The translations under genes and the position numbers were made by a program. From Thermoplasmatota archaeon (lineage in GTDB: Archaea; Thermoplasmatota; Thermoplasmata; UBA10834), in assembly GCA_018814355.1 (NCBI GenBank), contig JAHIZT010000124.1:479-64478 (forward strand): a DNA stretch of 64,000 bases, given 5' to 3'. This document shows, piece by piece, positions 1 through 9,310 of this stretch; the first letter of the stretch is position 1; every line of letters begins with the position of its first letter. The notes beneath the pieces were generated by a model. That model ran no database searches, had not been told where the DNA came from, and was given only the letters and a program-made list of their open reading frames with translations.

Positions 1-113
1 CCACCGAAGGAAGGAGGGTCCCATACAGACTAGCGTCCTATGAACACGATCAAGAGGGCAAGAGGTTCAAATCAAGCAACGTCGCGTTCAGCTTCTGGAG
101 CGCATCGAAGTAT

Positions 114-1208
114 GTGCTGATACTGTCTCTTATGCTCTGGTGGCTTCCGATGTTCGGGCAGATGATTGCCGGATATGTTGGTGGCCGAAGGGCAGGCGGT
201 CCGTGGAAGGGAGTCCTGGCATCGATCTTCCCGGTCGTATGTCTATATGCCGTGATGACTGGTTTTGACAGCGGTTTCCTGCCGTCGCACATGCTCGGAG
301 TCGCAATAGCACCTGCGGCCATCGGATCCGCCCTCACTCACAGCGTGCCGTTCATATCGCCGTACCTCCAGTTCTCGTCCGACTATGTCGGGTCGTTTGT
401 CAAAGCGCTCGCTGGAGCCAGCCCATATGGCATAAACACCTACGTGCTCACGGTGGCCTTCGCCTATGTCGGCGGAGTGCTGGCTGAGCAGAACAGGAGA
501 GAGATCGAGTTCACATCCGGATCGGTCATGTCCAACACGACCGTGTTCGTTCACGAGCCCAACGCCCACGCTCAGCGGATGGCGGATGCTCAGGGACAGC
601 CGCGCGGCGCGTTTGCCGGTATCGGCGCGCTGCTGCACCTTCCGAGGCACCGTGATGCCTCCAGTAGTGGCGGCTTCATGTCCAGAGGTCGTGGCGATTG
701 GGCGAACGCGGTCGAGGCGAGGTACGATGATGAGGGCGGAGAGATGGACGATCAGCATCTCCTCCCGGCGGGTGGACCGATGTGCGAACCCAGGGGCCAG
801 GGCTTCATGAGGCAGAAGTCCCGCACGGCTTCGCATCACCACCACTCTCACCACAAGGATCCGTGGCAGAACAAGCAGAAGAGGCGCGGCGCCCCGAACT
901 ACTCGGCGAAGCCGAGGTTCAACTACCCGCAGTACGAGCACGAGCCCAGGCGCGAGACCGGGGGCTACAAGGGCGGCATGGTACGGCGGAGCAAGGACGT
1001 CCCTAGATTCACGCTGACCTCCGATCCGAAGTCGATTAGAAGGGCGGAGAAGATGATTGACAGCGAGTGGGGCGGCCACAGAAAATTCTCCTCCTTCAGA
1101 GATGACGGTGAACGCGAGGAGCCTGCGAGAGTTCCAGAAGAAACTGAGGCAGTCGCTGCTCCGCGCAGAAAAGAACACCACAACAGTCGTCAGTGGGACT
1201 CGATTTAG
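114..1208 (+). CDS. Membrane protein: N-terminal transmembrane helices followed by a charged, His-rich (HHHHSHH) low-complexity C-terminal tail. The start may lie upstream of the listed ATG.
   Basis: The third codon position is strongly GC-biased in this frame. The first ~140 aa are hydrophobic segments; the C-terminus is R/E/K/H-rich and looks disordered. The opposite-strand ORF 243..1397 looks like a GC shadow. Confidence 0.4.
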   Translation: MLILSLMLWWLPMFGQMIAGYVGGRRAGGPWKGVLASIFPVVCLYAVMTGFDSGFLPSHMLGVAIAPAAIGSALTHSVPFISPYLQFSSDYVGSFVKALAGASPYGINTYVLTVAFAYVGGVLAEQNRREIEFTSGSVMSNTTVFVHEPNAHAQRMADAQGQPRGAFAGIGALLHLPRHRDASSSGGFMSRGRGDWANAVEARYDDEGGEMDDQHLLPAGGPMCEPRGQGFMRQKSRTASHHHHSHHKDPWQNKQKRRGAPNYSAKPRFNYPQYEHEPRRETGGYKGGMVRRSKDVPRFTLTSDPKSIRRAEKMIDSEWGGHRKFSSFRDDGEREEPARVPEETEAVAAPRRKEHHNSRQWDSI

Positions 1209-1286
1209 GCCCGAGTCCCAGGCCAAACTCTTTATGCGTCCACCGCTTCGCTCGCCCAGGAATGGGAAGAGTGGAGCGGACGATTC

Positions 1287-1586
1287 ATGTTTTGTGAGAA
1301 GTGCAAGAGCCTTCTGTTCCCTCTGGATGGGAAGCTCGTGTGTAGGAAATGTGGAGCTGAGTACGAGCCGAACTCGAAATCGCAGGTCATCAAGCACAAG
1401 GGCAAGGACAGGGAGTTGGCCGTCATGGGAGAGATCTCGGGTACGCTCCCGACAGACGATGCCGAATGCCCTTCATGTGGGCACAATAAAGCATACTGGG
1501 TCCTCAGACAAACGAGGGCTGCAGATGAGCCCGAGACCAGGATCTTCAGGTGCGTGAAGTGCGGGCACTCGTGGCGCGAATACTAA
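1287..1586 (+). CDS. tfs: Transcription factor S (TFIIS-like RNA polymerase subunit M-type zinc-ribbon protein)
   Basis: 99 aa. N-terminal Zn ribbon CxxC...CxxC (MFCEKCKSLL...CRKCG) and C-terminal TFIIS-type ribbon CPSCGH...RCVKCGHSWRE with an acidic hairpin (RQTRAADEPETRIF). Confidence 0.85.
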   Translation: MFCEKCKSLLFPLDGKLVCRKCGAEYEPNSKSQVIKHKGKDRELAVMGEISGTLPTDDAECPSCGHNKAYWVLRQTRAADEPETRIFRCVKCGHSWREY

Positions 1587-1605
1587 TGCTGGATGCATCC
1601 GCAAG

Positions 1606-1615
1606 TTTTTAAAAG
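1606..1615 (+). promoter_or_regulatory. Archaeal TATA/BRE-like box (TTTTTAAAAG) about 44 nt upstream of the PCNA ATG, followed by an SD-like GGAAGGGGGG
   Basis: AT-rich octamer in an otherwise GC-rich intergenic region. Spacing is consistent with a transcription start about 15-20 nt upstream of the ATG at 1654. Confidence 0.4.
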
Positions 1616-1653
1616 ACCGACTGGTTACAGGTAGGTACACGGAAGGGGGGTCA

Positions 1654-2394
1654 ATGTTTCAGGCTAAAGCCAGAGCTGACATCTTGAAAGAGGTTGTGAA
1701 TGTGGTCTCGACCCTCGTCGATGAAGCGAAGTTCAGTATGAACGCGGATGGGCTGACCCTCAGGGCAGTGGATCCGGCGCACATCGCGATGGTTGACTTG
1801 ACGCTGGGCAAGGACGCCTTCGAGGAGTATAAGGCGGACGATGTGGAGATTGGCATAGACATCGACAAGCTCAGCCAATTCCTCAAGCTCGCGAGGTCCG
1901 ATGACATAATCGACCTCAAGCACGACGAGGAGAAGAGGAGGCTGAGCATAGCAGTGGGGGACATCACGAGGCGGATGAGCCTCATCGACACTACGGGCAT
2001 GAGCGATCCTAAGGTCCCGAGCCTGAACCTGCCCGCAACGCTCTCGGTCAAGGTCGACGACCTCGTCCAAGGAATCAGGGCCAGCGAGACAGTGTCTGAC
2101 CACATTGCGCTCATCGCGGGTCCGGAGAGCTTCGAGATGACATGCGAGGGCGACATGGACCAGGTCAACTGGAAGAAGGCCAAGAAGGACATGCCCATGC
2201 TCGAGGCGCCGAGCAGCGTCAGAAGCCTGTTCCCGCTCGAGTACTTCGCAAACATGTTGAAGGCCGTCTCCGCAGGCAACGAAGTGACCATGCACCTGGG
2301 CAACGACTATCCTGTCAAGGTGGAGTTCAAGATCGCCGGCGGCAAGGGCCGGGTCAGCTATTTGCTGGCTCCGAGGATCGAGAGCGGTGACTGA
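1654..2394 (+). CDS. pcn: DNA polymerase sliding clamp PCNA
   Basis: 246 aa. Archaeal PCNA N-terminus MFQAKARADILKEVVNVVSTLVDEAKF..., typical length, and two similar halves. Confidence 0.9.
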   Translation: MFQAKARADILKEVVNVVSTLVDEAKFSMNADGLTLRAVDPAHIAMVDLTLGKDAFEEYKADDVEIGIDIDKLSQFLKLARSDDIIDLKHDEEKRRLSIAVGDITRRMSLIDTTGMSDPKVPSLNLPATLSVKVDDLVQGIRASETVSDHIALIAGPESFEMTCEGDMDQVNWKKAKKDMPMLEAPSSVRSLFPLEYFANMLKAVSAGNEVTMHLGNDYPVKVEFKIAGGKGRVSYLLAPRIESGD

Positions 2395-2453
2395 GCTAAG
2401 ATGCGAAACCACACCAATTCCTCAGAACTCTCTTCTGATTCATCCAGGAGATC

Positions 2454-3107
2454 GTGAGCGTTCCGGTTAGTTGGTCTAATATGCGCAGGATACGGATCGG
2501 GGCTCTGGCTTCGGGTGGCGGGACGAACCTCCAGGCCATTATCGACTCTTGCGAGAGAGGCGAGATCGATGGCGATGTTGTTGTGGTGATATCCAACATA
2601 CCTGAGGCGTACGCTCTCGAGCGCGCGCGCAAGCACGGAATAGATGCATTCGCATTCCCACATAAGGGCGTGACGCGGGAGCAGCACGAGGCAGACATCG
2701 TAGAGTGCCTTGAGCAGCACAAGGTGGACTTGGTCGTCCTCGCGGGCTATCTGCGAATGCTCACCCCCTTCATGATCAACAAGTACCTTGGTCGGATGAT
2801 GAACACGCATCCTGCCCTGCTCCCGTCCTTCGGTGGCGAGGGCATGCATGGCCTGAATGTGCATCAGGCAGTGCTCGACTACGGCTGCAAGGTGTCAGGC
2901 TGCTCGATACACTTCGTCACCGTCGATGTCGACGGCGGCCAGATCATACTTCAAAAAGCATTGCCGGTCCTAGAGGACGACACCGCGGAGACCCTGCAGG
3001 AACGTGTGCTGAAGGAAGAGCACAGGCTTCTTCCCAGGGCGATCCAGCTGTTCGCTCAGGGGAAGCTGAAGATCGATGGTCGGAAGTGCCATGTGCTCGA
3101 GACCTAG
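2454..3107 (+). CDS. purN: Phosphoribosylglycinamide formyltransferase (PurN). The start is probably the internal ATG near 2481 (MRRIRIGALASGGGTNLQA).
   Basis: Motifs SGGGTNLQAII, NTHPALLP and a formyl-transferase fold of ~210 aa. Confidence 0.85.
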   Translation: MSVPVSWSNMRRIRIGALASGGGTNLQAIIDSCERGEIDGDVVVVISNIPEAYALERARKHGIDAFAFPHKGVTREQHEADIVECLEQHKVDLVVLAGYLRMLTPFMINKYLGRMMNTHPALLPSFGGEGMHGLNVHQAVLDYGCKVSGCSIHFVTVDVDGGQIILQKALPVLEDDTAETLQERVLKEEHRLLPRAIQLFAQGKLKIDGRKCHVLET

Positions 3108-3197
3108 CATGTGAAAACCACTTTGAGGCTCGAATAGTTTAAGGCAGGTCAGTCAATATCCTGCGTGCGCCTGCCAGAAACGAGATGAGGGACGGAC

Positions 3198-4037
3198 TTG
3201 GAAGTCTACGACGGAGAGTTCATCAACGAGCTCGAAACGATCGCTAAGAGGGTTAGGCTCCACTCGATAAAGATGATTTATCATGCCGGCTCCGGCCATC
3301 CTGGCGGTTCTCTTTCTTGCGCGGATATCCTCACTGCGCTGTACTTCCACGTGATGAAGCACGACCCCAAGAGGCTTGATTGGTCCGACAGAGACAGATT
3401 CGTTCTCAGCAAAGGTCATGCCGCGCCCGCATTGTACGCGGTCCTCGCGGAGGCCGGGTACTTCTCGGTGGACGAGCTGAGCTCGCTCAGAAAGATGGGA
3501 AGCAGGCTCCAAGGCCATCCTTGCATGCATAAGACTCCCGGGGTCGAGATGTCCACGGGCTCACTCGGGCACGGCCTGGCCGCAGGAAACGGGATGGCCC
3601 TAGCCGCAAAGCTGGACAGGAAGCTCTACAGGATGTATGTTGTGGTCGGGGACGGTGAGATGGATGTGGGCGAGACATGGGAGGCCGCGATGCTCGCATC
3701 TCACTACAAGCTCGACAACATCACGGTGTACCTCGACAGGAACAAACTCCAGCTTGACGGACCAACAGAGACGATCATGTCTCTCGAGCCGCTCTCGGAC
3801 AAGTGGAAAGCCTTCGGCTGGCATGTGATCGAGATAAACGGTCACAACATGAAGGAGATCATCCACGCGACGAACGAGGCGAAGGCCGTCAAGGGCAAAC
3901 CGACGATAATCATCTGCCACACTATCAAAGGCAAGGGAGTCAGCTACATGGAGGGCTCGCTGCAATTCCACGGCAAGGCCCCGAACAAGCAGGAATACGA
4001 GCAGGCGCTCAAGGAGCTCGGGGGTGAGAAGGCATGA
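3198..4037 (+). CDS. Transketolase, N-terminal (TPP pyrophosphate-binding) subunit, with a TTG start
   Basis: Motif HAGSGHPGGSLSCADIL, a GDGE...motif, 279 aa, immediately followed by the C-terminal subunit gene. Confidence 0.9.
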   Translation: MEVYDGEFINELETIAKRVRLHSIKMIYHAGSGHPGGSLSCADILTALYFHVMKHDPKRLDWSDRDRFVLSKGHAAPALYAVLAEAGYFSVDELSSLRKMGSRLQGHPCMHKTPGVEMSTGSLGHGLAAGNGMALAAKLDRKLYRMYVVVGDGEMDVGETWEAAMLASHYKLDNITVYLDRNKLQLDGPTETIMSLEPLSDKWKAFGWHVIEINGHNMKEIIHATNEAKAVKGKPTIIICHTIKGKGVSYMEGSLQFHGKAPNKQEYEQALKELGGEKA

Positions 4038-4978
4038 AGTGGAAGGAGGAGAGCCAGAGAAAGCAGTACGGCAAGGCCCTGGTGGAGCTCGGAAAGGAGA
4101 GGAGCGACATAGTCGTGCTTGACGCTGACCTCTCGAGTTCCACGAGGACTGCGGACTTCGCGGCGGTTTTCCCTGAGAGGTTCTTCAACTGCGGCATCGC
4201 CGAGCAGAACATGATGGACACCGCGGCTGGGCTCGCGGCCTCTGGCAAGACCGTCTTCGTATCCACGTTCGCTGTGTTTGGAACGGGAAGGTGCTACGAC
4301 CAGATCAGGCAGTCCATTGCCTACCCGAACCTGAACATCAAGATTGTGGCGTCTCACGCGGGCATCACCGTGGGTGGCGACGGCGCCTCCCACCAGATAG
4401 TGGAGGATATTGCACTCATGCGCGTGCTGCCCAACATGACGGTGATCGTCCCTGCCGATTCGCCCGAGACCTACAAGGCCGTGAAGACAGTAGCCAGCAT
4501 GCCCGGACCAGTGTATGTCAGGATAGGCAGGTCGGACATTCCATCGATCACTGACCATGCGAGCCCGTTCGAGGTCGACAAGGCGCCGGTGATGAGGGAT
4601 GGGAAGGACATCACCCTCATAGGGTGCGGCATCATGGTCTCGAAATGCCTCGAGGCCGCGGAGGAGCTGGTTAAGCACGGCGTCGACGCCAGGGTCGTCA
4701 ATCTACACACGATCAAGCCCTTGGACGAGAAGACCATCGTGAGAGCCGCCAGGGAGACTGGCGGCGTCGTCACCGCCGAGGAGCACTCCGTGATGATGGG
4801 CATGGGCAGCGCTGTCGCAATGGTCCTTGTGGAGAACTTCCACGTGCCGATGAAGAGAGTCGGCATACCCGATGTGTTCGGGGAATCGGGAGCGTGTGAC
4901 GAGCTGATGGGCAAGTACGGTCTGACGGTCGACAACATCGTGGAGGCCGCCCACGACGTTCTGAAGAGGAAGAAGTGA
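4034..4978 (+). CDS. Transketolase, C-terminal (pyrimidine-binding and C-terminal domain) subunit
   Basis: 314 aa with the typical split-transketolase C-half sequence ([11 protein letters not shown]..., VRIGR). The ATGA stop/start overlap with the N-terminal subunit gene implies translational coupling. Confidence 0.9.
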   Translation: MKWKEESQRKQYGKALVELGKERSDIVVLDADLSSSTRTADFAAVFPERFFNCGIAEQNMMDTAAGLAASGKTVFVSTFAVFGTGRCYDQIRQSIAYPNLNIKIVASHAGITVGGDGASHQIVEDIALMRVLPNMTVIVPADSPETYKAVKTVASMPGPVYVRIGRSDIPSITDHASPFEVDKAPVMRDGKDITLIGCGIMVSKCLEAAEELVKHGVDARVVNLHTIKPLDEKTIVRAARETGGVVTAEEHSVMMGMGSAVAMVLVENFHVPMKRVGIPDVFGESGACDELMGKYGLTVDNIVEAAHDVLKRKK

Positions 4979-4991
4979 AGGTGGATCCGAC

Positions 4992-5642
4992 ATGAAGATA
5001 TTCATAGACACCGCAAACCTGGAGCAGATCAAGGAGGCCAACAGCTGGGGCATCTTGGACGGCGTCACGACCAATCCGACGCTCGTTGCTAAAGAAGGCT
5101 GCGAGTTCGAGAAGAGGGTGAAGGACATCTGCGAGATAGTGGACGGGCCTATCAGCGCCGAGGCAGTGTCGATGGACTCGGAGGGCATGATCAAAGAGGC
5201 CCGCCAGCTGTCGAAGATACACAAGAACGTCATCGTGAAGATACCGATGACTGCCGAGGGGCTCAAGGCGGTCAAGGTCTTATCGAAGGAGGGCGTCAAG
5301 ACGAATGTGACGCTCGTGTTCTCGCCGAACCAGGCCCTCCTGGCAGCGAAGGCCGGGGCGACTTACGTTTCACCGTTCGTGGGCCGCCTGGACGATATCA
5401 GCCACAGCGGCATGGACCTGGTGAGAGACATCGTCACAATCTACAGGAACTACGGATTCAAGACCCAGGTCATCGCAGCGAGCATGCGACATCCTGTCCA
5501 TGTGACCGAGGCTGCGCTTGCGGGCGCCCACGTCGCCACTATCCCCTACGATATCCTGAAGAAGATGCTGAAGCACAATCTGACGGATGAGGGCATCCAG
5601 AAGTTCCTCAAGGACTGGGAGAAGGTCCCGAAGAAGAAGTGA
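4992..5642 (+). CDS. tal: Transaldolase / fructose-6-phosphate aldolase (short type 3B)
   Basis: 216 aa, [16 protein letters not shown]...GVTTNPTL..., with the Schiff-base Lys region (VKIPMT). Adjacent to the transketolase genes, forming a non-oxidative pentose-phosphate cluster. Confidence 0.85.
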   Translation: MKIFIDTANLEQIKEANSWGILDGVTTNPTLVAKEGCEFEKRVKDICEIVDGPISAEAVSMDSEGMIKEARQLSKIHKNVIVKIPMTAEGLKAVKVLSKEGVKTNVTLVFSPNQALLAAKAGATYVSPFVGRLDDISHSGMDLVRDIVTIYRNYGFKTQVIAASMRHPVHVTEAALAGAHVATIPYDILKKMLKHNLTDEGIQKFLKDWEKVPKKK

Positions 5643-5661
5643 CCGCGCGGGCCGATGCTCT

Positions 5662-6174
5662 CTAGTTGATATAGCTGGCCGTGCTCGACCTGTCGAACCC
5701 TTTCACCAGTTCCAGCTGGTAATCTTCCTGAGGCTGCCAACCGTAGACCGGGTAGACGAGCTTCGGGACGAACCTTGAAAGGTCGGCTGCGAACTGCGTG
5801 ACCGGGTGGTCCTTGCCGAAGGTGGAGGCGCTTATCTCGTACGCCTTCGCCCTAGTGGCCGTCTCGTCGATTATCCCCAGCGTGTGAAGATACTCGTGCA
5901 GCAGTATGTGGAACACGTAAGGTTTGTACAGCGCGGGATCTGTCTCCTTTATCCGTCTCAGGGGGAGGCTGTTCATCACGATTATGTTGGTGGCGACCGG
6001 GTAGAACGCACCTACGAACCCCTGCGGCCCCCCGCCCAGGTTCGCAAGGCCGAGCATCAGCCCCGCCCTCTCCTTTCCAGTGCTTCTCCTGACCACGCTC
6101 TTCACAAGCTCGAAGATGTCCGTCAAATCCTTCGCGGACTTCAGTACCTCATCAACTGATGTCTCTGGTTTCAC
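5662..6174 (-). CDS. Putative minimal zinc metallopeptidase-like protein (HExxH motif: HILLHEYLHTLG)
   Basis: 170 aa with an HEYLH motif followed by GIIDE. Family assignment is uncertain and would need an HMM search. Confidence 0.4.
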   Translation of the reverse strand: MKPETSVDEVLKSAKDLTDIFELVKSVVRRSTGKERAGLMLGLANLGGGPQGFVGAFYPVATNIIVMNSLPLRRIKETDPALYKPYVFHILLHEYLHTLGIIDETATRAKAYEISASTFGKDHPVTQFAADLSRFVPKLVYPVYGWQPQEDYQLELVKGFDRSSTASYIN

Positions 6175-6276
6175 GGGTGACTATTGGGCGTTCGATGCTT
6201 ATAGACACATCGCCTGACAGACAGATGCCTATTGAAGGCGAGGTTTGGACAATGCTGAAATACCGACCAGGGCTCT

Positions 6277-7443
6277 TTGGCACTCGTGCGAACAGAGGTG
6301 CTGGTCGTGGGCGGGGGTCCCGCAGGCTCGACTGCTGCGAGACTCCTGGCAAGAGATCATGATGTTGTCATAGCTGAGGAACACCACGCTCCAGGCGAAC
6401 CGCTCCAGTGCGCTGGTCTGGTGACTCAGAGGGGTGTACCGATGTTCTCCAGGGAGAGCGTCCTTGGAGAGGTCAGGGGCGTCAGGATCCACTCCCCCCT
6501 CGGGTTCATGCTCACTCTTGAAGCTAGGAGCTCGCGCGCGTATGTGTTGGACAGAACGCTATTCGACAGGATCATGTTTCACAAGGCAGTGGACGCCGGC
6601 GCTGTGCCCAAGGTGGGCGCATGCATTAGGTCCGTCGCGGACCATGGACATGAGGTTCGTTCCGAGATGCGGGCCGATGGAATGACGGAGTCGGTGAACT
6701 CGAAGATCGTGATTGGAGCCGACGGCTATAAGTCGATTTGCAGGAAGGCGTCGCGGCTCCCGCCTCCAAGGCACATGCTCACAGGCATACAGGTGGACCT
6801 GAAGGGCGTGGAGGCGGATCCCGAGTTCGTCGAGATCTATCTTGGAAGGGATGTTGCGCCAGGGTTCTTTGCATGGACGATTCCAGCAGCCGATCTGGTA
6901 AGGGTGGGCCTGTGCACCTGGGATGCGGGGGACATTCCGGCGATGTATCTCAAGAGACTCTTAGCTAGGCCGCAGTTCAGGCACGCAAAGAAGGTCTCGA
7001 CGGCTTCTGGGAAGATACCTTTGGGTGCTGGCAGGTCAGCCGTGAGCGGAGGCATAATGCTTGTCGGGGATGCCGCCTGCCACGCGAAACCCCTGTCTGG
7101 CGGAGGGGTCTACACGGGGGTGAGGGGAGCGGAGCTCTGCGCAGATGCTGCGGGCATGTTCCTGGAATCCCGTGGCAGGACATCTCTTGCCGAGTATGAC
7201 TCTCTATGGAAGGACGAGTTCGGGAAGGAGCTCTCAAGGGCGTTCAGGATCAGAAAGGTCTTCCTGAACCTCACGGACAAGAAGATAGACAAAGCCCTGA
7301 GGATCTTTGCTCAGCCGGGCGTGAAGAAGCTCTTAGAGCAGAAGGGAGACATCGACTACCCAACCTCGATCTCTTCATCTGTCCTCAGACTTGTCCCGAA
7401 GCTCGCGCAGTTTTCCCCTCAGATAATAGAATCTCTGCTCTAG
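6277..7443 (+). CDS. FAD-dependent geranylgeranyl reductase family protein (digeranylgeranylglycerophospholipid reductase-like)
   Basis: N-terminal dinucleotide-binding motif VLVVGGGPAGSTAARLLA, the segments IGADGYKS and LVGDAA, and ~390 aa. The start is TTG at 6277 or GTG a few codons in. Confidence 0.8.
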   Translation: MALVRTEVLVVGGGPAGSTAARLLARDHDVVIAEEHHAPGEPLQCAGLVTQRGVPMFSRESVLGEVRGVRIHSPLGFMLTLEARSSRAYVLDRTLFDRIMFHKAVDAGAVPKVGACIRSVADHGHEVRSEMRADGMTESVNSKIVIGADGYKSICRKASRLPPPRHMLTGIQVDLKGVEADPEFVEIYLGRDVAPGFFAWTIPAADLVRVGLCTWDAGDIPAMYLKRLLARPQFRHAKKVSTASGKIPLGAGRSAVSGGIMLVGDAACHAKPLSGGGVYTGVRGAELCADAAGMFLESRGRTSLAEYDSLWKDEFGKELSRAFRIRKVFLNLTDKKIDKALRIFAQPGVKKLLEQKGDIDYPTSISSSVLRLVPKLAQFSPQIIESLL

Positions 7444-8184
7444 CTTCGGGTATCTGCCCGGGTTGTCTAGGACGTAGAAATAGAGCGCTGCAAACGAGAG
7501 ACCACCGATGCTTCCCACGAGCACGGCCAGGGGCCATCTCGGTATGGGGATCTTGATCCCGAAGGAAGAGTCCGGAAGCAACCCGTCCACACCTATCGAC
7601 TTGAGGTAGGTCGTGTTCACAATCGGATCTCCGGACGAGAACGAGACAGCAGTGTTCCATTGTTCGTCCGTGAAGAAACCTCTTGACTTGAGCACCACCT
7701 GGGTACCGGTCGGGGAGCTGAACGTCAGATTGAACCGCACGAAGTACGTGCTCTGTGAAAAGTAGGAACCGTGTGGCGTCTTTCTGGAGGTTTCGATCGG
7801 GAGATCCACCCTTGTCGTCGTGTTCGCGCCTATTCTTGGTAGGAAGATCGAAAGTTGGATCGAGTCCCCTCTGATCAACGGAGGATGCGGAAAGGTCGAT
7901 GTGACATTCTCCGTCTTCTCCTGGGTCGAGTAGCGATATATGCCCACAACGAGCGTGAAATCGATCATCACCTCCGGTGAATCGTTATCGTAATAGGGGT
8001 TGGTGAAGTTGAACGAGAAGTCCACGGTCGTCCCCGGGGACACCACAGGCGTGATGAATCCGCTCAGGATGCTGTTAGCGTACTTCGGGCTGCCGGGGTT
8101 TGTGGGGAATTCGGCCGATGCGAGGCTCGTGCAGATCAGCAGTGCGGAAACAAGAGCCGTCGATGTGGCCAGCACGAGTCTCAT
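7375..8184 (-). CDS. Secreted/surface protein: signal peptide, beta-rich body with many N-glycosylation sequons, C-terminal TM anchor and basic tail
   Basis: N-terminus MRLVLATSTALVSALLICTSLASA. Sequons NFT, NDS, NVT, NTT and NLT. C-terminal hydrophobic helix PLAVLVGSIGGLSFAALYFYVL followed by a KR-rich tail. The 3' end overlaps the convergent GGR gene by 69 bp. Confidence 0.5.
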   Translation of the reverse strand: MRLVLATSTALVSALLICTSLASAEFPTNPGSPKYANSILSGFITPVVSPGTTVDFSFNFTNPYYDNDSPEVMIDFTLVVGIYRYSTQEKTENVTSTFPHPPLIRGDSIQLSIFLPRIGANTTTRVDLPIETSRKTPHGSYFSQSTYFVRFNLTFSSPTGTQVVLKSRGFFTDEQWNTAVSFSSGDPIVNTTYLKSIGVDGLLPDSSFGIKIPIPRWPLAVLVGSIGGLSFAALYFYVLDNPGRYPKLEQRFYYLRGKLRELRDKSEDR

Positions 8185-8281
8185 CCCTGCTGTGAAGTCT
8201 GAGACTGACTATATGACTTTCGGTCAGGCGGCTGGACGCTTTGCAGGAAGCGTTAATATCTGACCGGCCATTGCGAACAGT

Positions 8282-9310
8282 GTGCTGGCAGTAAGGGTAA
8301 GACGGTCAGAAGCAGAGTCCCTCAGGAAACGGCTTGCCAAGGATCATCTTGTGGACAAGACCAGGACGATCATCGACGATTCGGACGGCGTGGTCATTCC
8401 TCTCGTGGCTCTTCCGAGCGCATCCCTTCTGACGTCCTTCGATACCAGCATCGTGGAGAAGGATTTTCCCTCCAGGAGCTGCAGGATCGACCCCATCGTG
8501 AAGGTCCGCCAGGCAGCACAAATACCTGATGAGTTGAAACCCTTGCTCCCGAGCAAATGGGAGCGGTTCGGGGATATCGTTGTCATAAGGCTCGAGGCTG
8601 AGCTGGATGGCTACGAACACGAGATCGCCCAAGCGTATGCTGCCGTGCTCCAGCTCAAAACCGTTCTAAGGGACGTGGGAGGTATCTCGGGAGACCTGCG
8701 ACAGCCGGTCATAAGACGACTGTTCGGAACGGACACGGTCGCCACGCACCTGGAGAATGGGGTCCGCTACAGGTTCGATGCTGCTCAGATCATGTTCTCA
8801 TCCGGCAACACAGAGGAACGACAGCAGATGGCGGATCTGAAGTGCGATGGCGAGACCATTGTGGACATGTTCGCAGGCATCGGTTATTTCTCCCTCCCGC
8901 TCGCAGTGTACCAAAGGCCGAAGAAGGTCATCGCATGCGAGCTCAATCCACTAGCCTGCGGATATCTCGTGGAGAACATCTCGCTCAACGAAGTCCAGGG
9001 AAAGGTCGACCCCTTCCAGGGTGACAACAGAGATCTTCCAGGGGAGGCCTTTGCGGACAGGGTGATCATGGGTTACGTTAAGACCACGCATGAATTCCTT
9101 CCGAAGGCAATGACTATCTTGAAGGACGGCGGCATCATCCACTACCATGAGACCTGCCCCAACGCGCTCCTGCCGGAACGGCCGCTCCGGAGGCTGTCCG
9201 AGAGTGCGAAGGGGGGCAAGGTCGAGGTGCTCAGGATGAAGGAGATAAAATCATACGCACCGGGCGTCTCACATATCGTCGTTGACGCCAAGATAACTAG
9301 GCCTTCTTGA
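8282..9310 (+). CDS. trm5: tRNA (guanine37-N1)-methyltransferase Trm5 (or related Taw2/TYW2 class-I methyltransferase), with a GTG start
   Basis: SAM-binding motif I VDMFAGIGYFSLPLAVY, an acidic CELNP motif and a Met-10+ like architecture, ~340 aa. Confidence 0.75.
   Translation: MLAVRVRRSEAESLRKRLAKDHLVDKTRTIIDDSDGVVIPLVALPSASLLTSFDTSIVEKDFPSRSCRIDPIVKVRQAAQIPDELKPLLPSKWERFGDIVVIRLEAELDGYEHEIAQAYAAVLQLKTVLRDVGGISGDLRQPVIRRLFGTDTVATHLENGVRYRFDAAQIMFSSGNTEERQQMADLKCDGETIVDMFAGIGYFSLPLAVYQRPKKVIACELNPLACGYLVENISLNEVQGKVDPFQGDNRDLPGEAFADRVIMGYVKTTHEFLPKAMTILKDGGIIHYHETCPNALLPERPLRRLSESAKGGKVEVLRMKEIKSYAPGVSHIVVDAKITRPS

Noticed and set aside
7375-7443. The 69-bp convergent overlap between the GGR 3' end and the surface-protein gene, as a sign of mis-annotation or antisense regulation
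   Set aside because: Both reading frames have plausible termini (the GGR C-terminal helix, and the surface protein's basic tail after its TM anchor). Overlap of convergent genes is not rare in compact archaeal genomes, and there is nothing further to test from the sequence alone.
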